Positions 53,301 to 64,000 of a stretch of 64,000 nucleotides of DNA are shown in pieces. The notes beneath the pieces are model-generated. The model worked only from the letters and a program-made list of their open reading frames with translations. It made no database searches and had not been told where the DNA came from. The stretch is from Vicugna vicugna (lineage: Eukaryota), in assembly GCA_013265495.1 (NCBI GenBank), contig MU058531.1:922678-986677 (forward strand), read 5' to 3'. Numbering within the stretch: the stretch's first letter is position 1; the number at the start of each line of letters is the position of its first letter. The translations under genes were made by a program, and so were the position numbers.

Positions 53301-54952
53301 CCAGAGACCGACCATCTGCATCCGTTTCTACCAGGCCGGGCAGCATCGTCAGGCCAGGATCCCTTTACTTCAAATCCTAGTTTGGGGTTTTCTGTTTGTT
53401 TTCCCTAAACCTCAGGAGTATGAACTTGAAGCTCAACCCCATGAGTGCCTGCTTCTGGTTGTAGGTTCTCAAGAGAGACTGTGCATTGCCTAGTGCCAGG
53501 GTTAAGAAAGGCATATGTCACTGCTAACTCCCTTGCAAGTCCCTACCCCCACTGGCCACTCTTTCAAGGGTCCTGAATTCAGGTGGCAGCTTCAGTCTTG
53601 CTCCCCATTTTGTAAAACTCCCGGGTTTACTTCTTGACTCCTGACTGCAATCTTTATAGCCAAGGTTCTCGGTCACCAGAAAGCAGTAGCTACCCCAGGG
53701 CAGGCCAGCTGCTTCCATGCTGGTCCACCTCTGACTGCTTGCTTTCTCTCCAGCTCAGCCTCTGAGGATCTCTCTCATTTTCATGCCAGCTCAGCCATGC
53801 AATTTAAAGGACATATATTTTTAAAGTTGTATGCAGCATTTTTATGGTTTGCATTAGACGGGCTTTACAAAATATCTAGTCCATCCATAATATTACCAGA
53901 AATAGCCTGGATTTTAATCTGATGTTGACATTTACTCAATATTTTCTTTACCCCATTATTTGAATGGTTTGTTTGCCTCTCCTTGTCATCTGCTTCAATA
54001 ACCACAATGTTCCTGCTATACTTTGGAGCCCCCACAGGTTCACCTCTGCCTGAGTTGTCTCTTATTTTCTCCTCTCATTTTCCATTAAGCAATGGCTCTT
54101 GGCCATGAATTTTTCCAACAAGATCCACACACAGGAGAAAGGTTACTGTACTCTGTGACTTCAAGTAAGATTTCTAGAAAATTTAGTTCTTGACAGGCAC
54201 CATAAAATTACACAAAGAAAGCTGGGGATTAATTACATTCTTTCTAGAACAAGTCCTATTAAAGAGATGATGAGGAATAGTATAGCATTTTATACATTAT
54301 CTGTCATAAAATACACCACATACAAAACTATCTAATCATGTTGCCAATCACCTCAGGAGATATAACCATCTACACCCTATAATGCTTATGTTATTTTAAG
54401 ATACTGCAAAGAACTCTGAAAAGATCCATTAATAGCTCCTGAAAAACGTACTAAATACCTCCATGTTGTTCTTTCTCTGAACACTGGGATCTTGTGTCCA
54501 GTCCCTGGGATAAACAGCTTGGGTTTGAATCCCTGCTCGAATCCTTACTAGATGAGAGATCGAGAGCAGGTCACTTCATCTCTTGCAATCTCTGGTCCTC
54601 ATCTACTCAACAGGAACAGCAGCTCCTCCCTTACAGGGCAAGCTCAGGATTTAAGTAAGAACATCTGTAAAATCCTTGCTACAGTTCCTGGCACATAGGT
54701 TGTCTTTAATAAACAGCAGCTTTAAGAACGAATACTATTCATACTCATCCAGCATTCTAAGTGGAATAGTGAGCATAACTGAGCCAACATCAGTAAAGTG
54801 TAAGGAAGTCAAGAGGTTTGGTTAAGGAACAGGGATTGATGTGTGCTGATCTGACCACCTCTTCAACTCGGTCCTCTGTGGAGCCAGCCCCTCCCCAAGA
54901 TGGTCAGTCAGGATAAAGTTGATGGTGCTCACCTTGATTCAGAACCTGTAAT

Positions 54953-55050
54953 GGGGGGGAGGGTATAGCTCAAGTGGTAGAGTGTATGATTAGCATGCCT
55001 GAAATCCTAGGTTCAATTGCCAGTATCTCCTCCAAAAATAAACAAATAAG
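54953..55050 (+). mobile_element. tRNA-Ala-derived SINE (camelid Vic-1-like)
   Basis: gggggggagggtatagctcaagtggtagag (A box) ... ggttcaattgcc (B box) followed by an A-rich tail; flanks cagaacctgtaat / cagaatgtataat. Confidence 0.8.
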
Positions 55051-57622
55051 CCAGAATGTATAATAGCTAATTGTATGACTCAGCATTGTTAGCATAAACC
55101 CACAGAGTCCTATACCACAGCCCAGTTCATTCACCAGCCATTGGTGCACTTGACCACTTGGGGAAAGACTCAGCTTCCAGCCACTGCACAGGCTGCTCCT
55201 TTCCCTGGAACACTCCATAATATTCTTTGGGCTAAGTCCCATTCATTCTTTAGATACCAGCTTGGATCCCGCCTTCTCCAGAAAAATGGTCCCGTGTCAA
55301 TGTGTGCCCTGCTCTGAGTTCCCAGAGCATCTCCTCAGAGCATCAGCTACCCTGGACTATGATTACACACTTACTTGTTTGGATCCTCAGTAAGTAAGAT
55401 GCATTAGGGCAGGGACCATGTTTTTCTTTGATCAGCACTAAATCCAAACCCTAGTACAAGGGCTGACAGGCATTAAATAAATGCTGGTGGGATGAATGAA
55501 CAAATGAAACACAGACAACTGTAGCAAAAGACTTATTTGTCCCACAGACATCACTTAGAGGCACTAGAAATATCAAAGGTGTTTGATCACTCAGACAGGC
55601 CTAAACATCTAAGGTAATTGAATTGAAGCAGTGGCAGAGACATAGACTTTGAATGCTATCTTTTGGGTGAAAGCCAAGTAGAGTCTAGGGGATTCTTAAA
55701 TCCTAGATGCAAATTCCTTTTTACCTATGTCATGTCCCCCATCTGTTCCTTCCCTTCTCTCTCTCTTCCTCTCTGACACACAAACACATCCCTCCATATA
55801 GTACAGGACTCGGTACCTGCTACATAGCCACTAAATAAATGTTATCTAAATAACTGAATGACACCCTGCATTTCTGCCCCATCACTTCTCTCACTTTGCC
55901 TTGGTTAACTGCCACTTCCACCGAGAACCAGCATTAACTTCCTGCAATCCACCTCCAGCCTCCATTTTTGTGATGCATTTTAAATAACACTACAGTTGAC
56001 TCTTATTCCTTACTCAGTCCTAAAACTGTGCTGGTTCTTCCCCCAGCATTTCTCACTGCTCCTCACATGGCACCGTCATGCCTGATGATAAGGACTGAGC
56101 CCAGCACGCAGAGATCCACGAGTCCTAGAGCCTCAGTACCACTTCTGAGAAGAGCGAGCAAACAGGCCCTGGGATGCCTGCCAGACCCCCAATCAGGGGA
56201 CGGACCTGCCCATGAGGTGCGTCTTCCCACCTGGATGTGACCACAGGGATGTGGCTCTTATGCAAGGAGCTGTCGCACCACCTGGCTCCCAGCTAAAACA
56301 ATGCTCATTCCAGGCCTTTCTGGGGAGGAACTACCCCAGCACAGCCTGCCTGGGTTTCTCCTGGACCTGAACCCCACTGTGTTTTCATTAAAAACACATT
56401 AATTTAGAAGAGCAGATGGGTTACCTGATCTTTGCTCAGCGTTTGCTCATGCTTCCAACAGACAGGATCACCACCCTGGGGGGTCTTAACACTCAGTAAA
56501 TGCAGCCATGTGGCCACGGGTGGGCTTCGGCTAAGGATGGTTCATCCCCTACGACAGCAGGAAGTTGCTGGTGATACTTGCCCGCTGTCAGATACATGCT
56601 CTATTTCTCTATGCCAGTCAGTCATTTTTTTCTCACCACATACATTCTCTTGGGAACTCTGAAGCTAATGGTGGAGGCTGGATGCAGTGCCCGGGGTAAC
56701 ATTTCTATGTTTGTTTCCATGTTTGTTCCTGACATCAGGGTACTGGGCCTAGGAACGAGCTAGACAATGCTTAAAAAGGTGGAAAAGCAGTAAGACAAGG
56801 AGAGTGAGAAAACCTGACAGGGCCTCACTTCCTTTACTCTCCGTCATTACCTGAACTTATATTTTTTAAATGCCAAAGTCTTGAACTTCATGAATAATAC
56901 AGGAAATCTGTAAAATGCCACTTTTCTGGAATAAGCAAAACATTAAAATGCAAATTGCCGTTCCACACACAGCGGTACTCAATGTGACAAATTAAGCTCT
57001 TCTGATTCCTCGTCTTGACATTTGCCTTCACGATGTTGGTTCACTGGAGAGAGAAACAGCAGGGGAGAGGCAGACAAGGGGAGAGGCGACAATGGCCCCA
57101 GGAGGCCGGCCCCCTCCTGTGAGATGCCCCCCAGGGATGAAAGGTCACACTGGGAGCGCTCCTTCCCCTCCAGCAGAATACATGGGAAAAACTCGCATCT
57201 ATCTTGTTGCATTATTTTTTCAGGAAGATCTCATCAAAATGGCCTTCTTTCAGGATAAAGATCCCTCTTCAGGAGGAGCAGGACAGAAATCTAGAAACTG
57301 TAAAAACTAGAAAGCTCAAGATCCCCTGTTAGACCCACAGTTCCATACCTGACTCCCTCAGCTAGACTCCCAAAGCCCATTCTCAAACCCTGCCTTATTA
57401 TTCAACAGATTTGCTCAGGAGGAGTGCCTACTATGTGCCCTGCAGCAGCATGCATAGGAACCAACAGAAAATAATGCAAAGCTCCCTGTCTTCCAGGAGC
57501 TCCCGTGCCTCCGGCAGCTGGGGGCAGGGGAGGAAGTGTGGATGTTTCCATCAGCTGTAGTGCTGTGTGTTTTACACACTGGCTCACCCAATCCCCAGAG
57601 CAGCCCTGTTAAGGAGGCACTA

Positions 57623-57908
57623 ATTTTTCTTAAATTTTTTATTGAAGTGTAGTTGATTTACAATGTTAGTTGCAGGTGTACAGCAAAGTGATTCAGTTAT
57701 ACATATACATACATATATTTTTTTTCTTTTCAGATTTGTTTCCATTATAGGTTATTATAAGAAACTGACTGTAGTTTCCTCTGCTATCCAGTAGGTCCTT
57801 GTTGTTTATCTATTTTATATATAGTAATGGGTGTCTATTAACCCCCAACCCCTAATTTAAAATGCAAAAACAGACTCAAGGACATAGAAAATAAACATAG
57901 AAAGGGCA
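57623..57908 (-). mobile_element. Miniature 5'-inverted L1 tail inserted into a MIR
   Basis: Minus-strand L1 tail at about 57623-57858, then a plus-strand L1 piece aacagactcaaggacatagaaaataaacat. TSD GAGGCACTA at 57614-57622 and 57909-57917. Confidence 0.8.
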
Positions 57909-58060
57909 GAGGCACTATTATTAATCACACTTTACAGATGAGGAAACTGAGGCACAGAGAGGGTAAGTAATTTAGCCAGCAAACTACTATGCGGATGAGC
58001 TGGGATGCGAACCCACGTATCCCGGCTCCAGAAACAGCATGCTTAACCACATCACTAGAC
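57909..58060 (-). mobile_element. MIR SINE (remainder; starts near 57570, left of the L1)
   Basis: ttacagatgaggaaactgaggcacagagagggtaagtaatttagcc...gagctgggatgcgaaccca. Confidence 0.85.
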
Positions 58061-58282
58061 CGCCTCTCTCTGTGGCCTCCTCCACTTGCTGCCTTGCTAC
58101 TTGTTTACAACAGTGAGAGGACCCTCCCAAGGACAGAGCCCACTCTAGTTATCTCGGGAACCCATCACTCACAACCCCTACGGAGTCTGGATCATAGGTA
58201 TTCAGTAAATATTTACTGAATGAATGACTCACCTTCTGTTACTACTAAAATCACCCTAGGCTGGAGCTGCAGCAGCAAATAT

Positions 58283-58300
58283 CAGCTCCATCTAGTGGAG
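58283..58300 (-). promoter_or_regulatory. Candidate CTCF motif
   Basis: Minus strand CTCCACTAGATGGAGCTG. Motif match only. Confidence 0.35.
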
Positions 58301-58922
58301 AGAGGCCTGGCACAGGAAAGACTACCATTACTGAGCAGTTGACTGCAGAGTCAAAGGAAGCCGAAGGTTATAGCAATTTTTTGGAAACTATAGCAAGCTG
58401 TCATCCTGTACCTGCCTTATCAAGTACATTCGACAGACTTCTGACACTTGATTTGATAACCAAAGCTAGTCGCCTAGTATACAAAGTTCACACTCCAAAC
58501 CCCAAACAGATCAAGCCATGGTATTCCTAAAGGGTCAACAAAGCAGAACATTTTAAACAGAGCTTTTTTGAAAAATCCACGACCATAGACACAGCATAAT
58601 AGGGAAGATCTCAGATTCTTACAGGAAAGACCTACCTGTATGTATCTACAAAAGACTGGACTACTCTTGTTAAAAGCAGACAAAGCCAATCATGTGGAGA
58701 CCAAGAATCCAACTGGGTCCAGATATAAAGCCTGAAAGAAACAGCTGCCCCTGTTCTTTACTTCTGCAGGAACTCAACAGTTCCGCACATTCTTTTACTA
58801 AATATTAGCTAATTGTGATATCGAGGTGTTAGTATGAGATATGAATAAAGGCTCTATCTAAACCAAACAAATCAAATTTACTTCTTTTTTAAGACCTCTT
58901 CTCAAAAATAATAGGAAAAATA

Positions 58923-59095
58923 GGGGGGAGGGTATAGCTCAAGCAGTACAGTGCGTGCTTAGTATGCATGAGGTCCTGGGGTCAATCCCCAGTACTTTCT
59001 CCAAAAGTAAATAAGCCTAATTACCCCCCTCACCAAAATTTTAAAAAATAAATAATATAATAACAAATAAATAAAATATAAAAGATAGAATGTAG
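58923..59095 (+). mobile_element. tRNA-Ala-derived SINE (camelid Vic-1-like)
   Basis: ggggggagggtatagctcaagcagtacagtgcgtgcttagtatgcatgaggtcctggggtcaatccccagtac...cctaattacccccc followed by an A-rich tail. Confidence 0.85.
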
Positions 59096-60371
59096 AAAAA
59101 AAGAGAAAAAATAAGAGTATTTTTATTTCAGTTAGTCATTTTCAGTTGCTTTTCCTCTTCGGCAGAAAGCAAAGAGAGAGAAAAAGAAGTAGATGAACAA
59201 GGCAGAGAAACACAGGAGGAGGCCAAAATGGGAAAATCAGGAAGTGTCCATATATTTCTAATCCCCACTTCCTAACCTGGAAAACTATACTTCCTTCAAG
59301 GCTTTGCTCAAGTGTCACCTCCACTGTTAAGTTCCTCCCATCTGTGCCCCACCTCCAGCTGCTCACTCCCATTACTGAAATTCCATAGCACCTGGTAAGT
59401 CACACTGTTAAACAATATCATGTCATCTCATGACTATGCACTGACATTCTTCTCCCACAGAGACCATGAGGCCTTTCTCATGAAACTTCTCAGCACATCC
59501 ATCAGCTAAGTAACTACTGAAACCAGAAGTAAATAATGATTACTCAAAGTAAATATTATTCCCTTCTTCCTAAGCTATACTTTGTATTATCACACAACAA
59601 AAAGCTCTTGAAAGTAGCATAAAGATTCAGCAATTCTCAAGGCCTTTACTAAGACTCTTCTTCTATGATTTTTTTTTCCCATATGGTCTTCAAACCTAGT
59701 CCTGCCAAGCTACAAAATCGACAATCACTGAAATGTAAAGTAGAAGAAATAACCAAGGCCTTTGGTTTTCGGTGTAATTTTTGTCTGCTCTGCCCACGAT
59801 GAAAACTGTGTCAGAAAGGATACCCCGCATACATCAGTGCATCCGCCTGAACTGAAAAGAGTGTGGAAAGGCTCATTGGGAACATCAAATCCATTTTATA
59901 AATCTAAGTGCCCAGGCATGATCTGTATCCTTTAATGCTCTTGGCAAACATACTGCTGAAGGTTAACTGACAATTAAGAATCACTGTAGTTCCATGAAAA
60001 TGATAAATAAAACAGAAAGATCAGCCTTGCATGGCTGCATAAAATCAGCTACAATTACCCAAAAATTAGCCACTAGGGAAAGCACTGTGCTTGCTAAATG
60101 CATCTCATTGGTATGGTGCAATGGTTAAACGTTTGGATTTGGGGAAATCACAGAGCCAGAATTCAAATCCATGCTAGGCTGTCTATAAGCTGGGCAACAC
60201 TGAACATGTTATTTGGTCCCCTTATGCGTCAGTTTTCTTATCTGTAAAATGAGTATAAGAATAGTTTCTTACCTGTAAAATGGGAATAATAATAATCCTG
60301 AATTTATTACAAGCACTCCGCAGGTGTCTGGCATATGGTAAACATTCAATAAATATTAACAGTCATAATTC

Positions 60372-60644
60372 TTTTTAAAAATTTTTTCTTTTTTTTTCTG
60401 CACTTTTTTGGGGGGAGGGGTAATTAGGTTTATTTATTTATTTTTTTCATGGAGGTACTGAAGATTGAACCCGGGACCCCATGTATACTAGGCATACACT
60501 CTACTGCTGAGCTATATTCTCCTCCCTAAATTTCACTTATTTATTTACAGAGATAACCATGTTTATTTATTTATTTTAATGGAGGTCCTAGGGATTGAAC
60601 CCAGGACCTCATGCATGCTAGGCAGCTAAGCTATACCCTCCCCC
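60372..60644 (-). mobile_element. Two head-to-tail tRNA-derived SINE copies (about 60372-60527 and 60530-60644)
   Basis: Minus strand ggggggagggtatagcttagc...gaggtcctgggttcaatccc, then gggaggagaatatagctcagcagtagag...gggttcaatcttcagtacctcca...cctaattaccccc. Confidence 0.8.
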
Positions 60645-61936
60645 ATTCTTTCTCATTTCTCATTTATTTATTCATTAATTCAAGAAAGTAAACATTGAGT
60701 GCAGACACTAAATATTGTGCTGGAGACTTTCACACACATCTTTGTAGCGCCCACCTGGAAAAATCAAAGGGGTAGATATGATGAACCTTTCCAATGCCAA
60801 CATCTTTTATCCCAGTCGTGTGAGTAGGCATACATGGCTTCCAGGGCTCTGCAAACATTTGATTTCAATTTCATTGTTAAAATACATCAATCTTTTTTTG
60901 GAACTGAGAGATAAAACATCACCCACACTCACTTGTGTTCTCTATCAAATTTTAACAGAAAAGAGACCCCAAATGACAATTTATGCTTCCTGGTTAACTC
61001 TGCTTTTCCCTGGAGCATTCATGATAAAGTTTCCTTGTGAATCTATTTGAACTTCTTGGGAATGTGCCACTGATTAAGAAGACTGGAGGTCTTTTGTTTA
61101 TTTTTGTTGAAATCCAGATCTGCACATGGCTACTCACATAAAATCATACAAGCAAATACAACACAACCTAAGTGTGCTCCACTCAATTCAATGACAAGAT
61201 ACATTCATACAGTATTTTCTGCCAAATGGTGACAAATTAAGATGGCCAAGGAACCCATTAATTGACTCTTTAAACTGAACACTTAACAATTAAAAGTGCC
61301 TGCACTTGTTACTTCCTGTGATGTTAATTTGAAACGAGCATTTCCTATTCTTCTGAGCTACTGTAACAGTTAAATTGAAAAGCAAGCTGTTAAAAAAGCA
61401 CTACCATTTGCAGCTGCTCATCCGTGTGAGCCCAGATTTTCTTGATACCATGCAAAGAGCAACACAGTATGTGTATATATGAGACAGAGAAAGAGAATGA
61501 GAGATACAGAATGAAAGAGAGAGAAAAATAAATTAGATGCTTAAATTGATGTGACTAGAAATGCCTTCCACAAACACCAATTTCATTGAAGGTTTCACTG
61601 GAAGACTATTAAATCAGCTTCATTGATCCTTTGGATGACTTTATAATAATAAAATGTCACAAATTTGAACTAACAACTTATACTAATAAAATATTCCCTT
61701 AATCTCTTCTGCGTATTTGAATCCTACGTATTTCACTTAAAAGAGAGGTTCAGAAAACTTTGTTCCAAGCTATTGTCTTCAGTAAGCAATTACCATAGCC
61801 CAGTAAGTATTTTGGGTCTTAGGTGGGACACACACAAAAATATTACCAAGTACCTGTCCACAAGGTTTAAATCTAGAGAAGACAGAGACATACGTGTACA
61901 TTTAGAATAAGGTAGTATGTGGGAAGTGCTATCAAT

Positions 61937-61960
61937 TGTGTGTGTGTGTGTGTGTGTGTG
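61937..61960. repeat. (TG)n microsatellite
   Basis: Directly visible. Confidence 0.9.
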
Positions 61961-64000
61961 AGTGGGTATGTGATTGTACATAATACCTCTAGGAGATAGA
62001 CTCGGGGATGATCAGTTTCTACTGGGACATTAAAGGAACACTATATAAATAACTAGTGTTTAAGCTGCACATTGAATACTGAACAGAATTCAACAGGAGG
62101 ACTAAATGGAAAGATTCCAAGGTAGAAGAGTCATGAAATGATCGAGAAAGATGAGTGGTCCAGTGTGTGTGTGTAGGTTTTGTTCATGTGCACTGAAGGG
62201 GGAAATGGAGGAGAGAGAACCACCAGAGATAACACTAGCATTAATGAAAATATGTCATAGCCCACAAAACTATACTGAGAATAAAGATGGACATGTAGTA
62301 TTTTTCTTATGTATAGCGAGCCCAAAAGAAAACGTTTAAAGTGAACTCTGTTCATATTCCCTTTCAGCTTTTTTCTTTAAGTCAAAATACAATTATAATT
62401 TCCAATAAGTTGAAGCTTAATAATCCTCCTGTTCCTTGTTCTCTAACATTTTCTCACAAACATGAAAATTATTCTAGTATTTGACCAAGAGTTTTAATTT
62501 TTCAAGTTTGAAATATCTGGTCGCAGCTGTTCCCTATAGTTCTCTGGCATTTACCTGGGAAATCTCCAAGTCTATTTTCAGTATAGTCTACAAGAAATAC
62601 ATCATGAAATTAAAGAACTTTGAAGAGGGAAGAAACTATAAAATGATGTAACTCAAATTCCTCATTTTCAAAGGCATCTGTGACCCATAAAGGTTAGATG
62701 ACTGTTGAAAGGATGAAATGAAACAAAATGTGAAACCATTTTTTTAACTCAAAATCCACTGAAAGAAAAAAATATTTTTAAGTGTTGAACAAGTTCATCA
62801 CACAAATTCTCAGTGCTGGGAATATAGCCATAATAGCGTGATTCCAATTTTTAAGTTTCTTGACTTCCAATCCAAGCTTATCTTCATTCAGGGTACTGTG
62901 GGGGATTTAAAAAAAAAAAAAAGACAACACTTAGTCTCTGGTTCCAAGACTTCAAAGTCTAATTGGGAAGATAACTGATAAAGTCTGTAAATAGAAGAAG
63001 CTCTTTTTTTTTTTTTTCCTTTTTGGCTTCAGCCATACTAGACGGAAATAAACATAATTGTTGGTTCATAACACATTATCAACATTGCTCCATGTATGAC
63101 CCTATTTTTCATTAATTTTATTTATCTTTAAAAATAATACAGTGAATAACATGAATGTACCATCCACCCCAAGAACCAGGATGCAGACAGTTACATCTAC
63201 CCATGGGCACCTTCCTGTCCCTTTCTCTGCCCTCCCTCGCACGGGAGGGAAAAGCCCACTTCCTGCTGTTAATAAGGGAGGACTCAGTGGAATCGGTCAG
63301 ATGTGAGCTAAGGATAATCAGCAGCGTGTGGATAAATGGAAAACAATACCCAAATGTGAATAAAATCTTGAACAAAGTTCAAACATAAAAACCTACAAGG
63401 CAGGGTTGCAGGGGGGAGTAGGGGGAATACAAAGACTGATTCAGCTGGAATAATAATTTGTGCAAGGGCTTAATGAGAAACAAGAAAAGATATACCTATG
63501 GATACTGAGCTCTAAACAACACCTAAAGTGTCTTAAGTTTATTCTGAAGACAATAGGGAGATTTTCAAAGGGGAAATGAATGATCAAAGCTGTGTTTGGG
63601 GAAAATCAGCAGGATGGATATAAGCAAAGTAGACTGAAGGGAAGGAAACCAAAATCAGGAAGTTCAGCTCAGAACTGTACAAGAAAACGACACAAAAAAT
63701 GGCAACTGGCCAACATTCCAGTAGCAGCCATTCTCTGCTTTCCACAAAAACCCCCATCCCTCATGAAAAATCAAAGACATACAACTCACAAAATCACTTA
63801 CATGAATAATCTAACTATTAACAAGGACCTTCAGCTTATCTTAAAAATATTCAACAAAGCATAGCTTAAAAATAAACACATCTATTAAAATCACAGAGAG
63901 TTAAAGGATAAACAGATCCACTGGGCAAACTTTTTAAAAAGCAGATTGGCCATGTTAATTTCAGGTGAAGTAGGTTATATAATTCAGCTGACTTCAAATA

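Larger units (their letters stand above)
24998..64000 (-). other. HTR7: HTR7 intron 1 (partial; exon 1 lies outside the window)
   Basis: No N-terminal or TM1-TM3 coding sequence and no CpG island was found to the right of exon 2. HTR7 is known to have a very long first intron. Confidence 0.85.

Noticed and set aside
54953..59005. tRNA-Ala-like sequences as real tRNA genes
   Set aside because: Extra GGGGGA leader, broken stems, A-rich tails and multiple diverged copies indicate SINEs.

Overview
Mammalian genomic DNA, most likely a camelid: the tRNA-Ala-derived SINEs beginning GGGGGGAGGGTATAGCTC resemble camelid Vic-1-type SINEs. The window holds the 3' part of the serotonin receptor gene HTR7 on the minus strand. 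It contains about 39 kb of intron 1 (exon 1 lies beyond the right edge), coding exon 2 (24236-24997, TM3 end to C-tail), intron 2, and the last exon (starts 16951, stop at 16909, 3'UTR to about 15240). The rest is mostly interspersed repeats: young and old L1, HAL1-like, L2, MIR, ERV1/ERVL/MaLR LTRs and MER DNA transposons. I found no evidence for a wholly new biological system. The most interesting signals concern HTR7 C-terminal splicing: the tandem a/b donor, an in-phase intron-2 segment resembling rat exon C, and a competing acceptor 4 nt downstream behind a (CT)11 tract. Also of note are an unexplained 912-nt exon-like block at 4.1-5.0 kb, two apparently composite solo LTRs, two twin-primed (5'-inverted) L1 insertions with TSDs, and a near-perfect 247-bp tandem duplication. 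Repeat family names and comparisons with human or rat come from recall, not database searches. Boundaries of old repeats are approximate.
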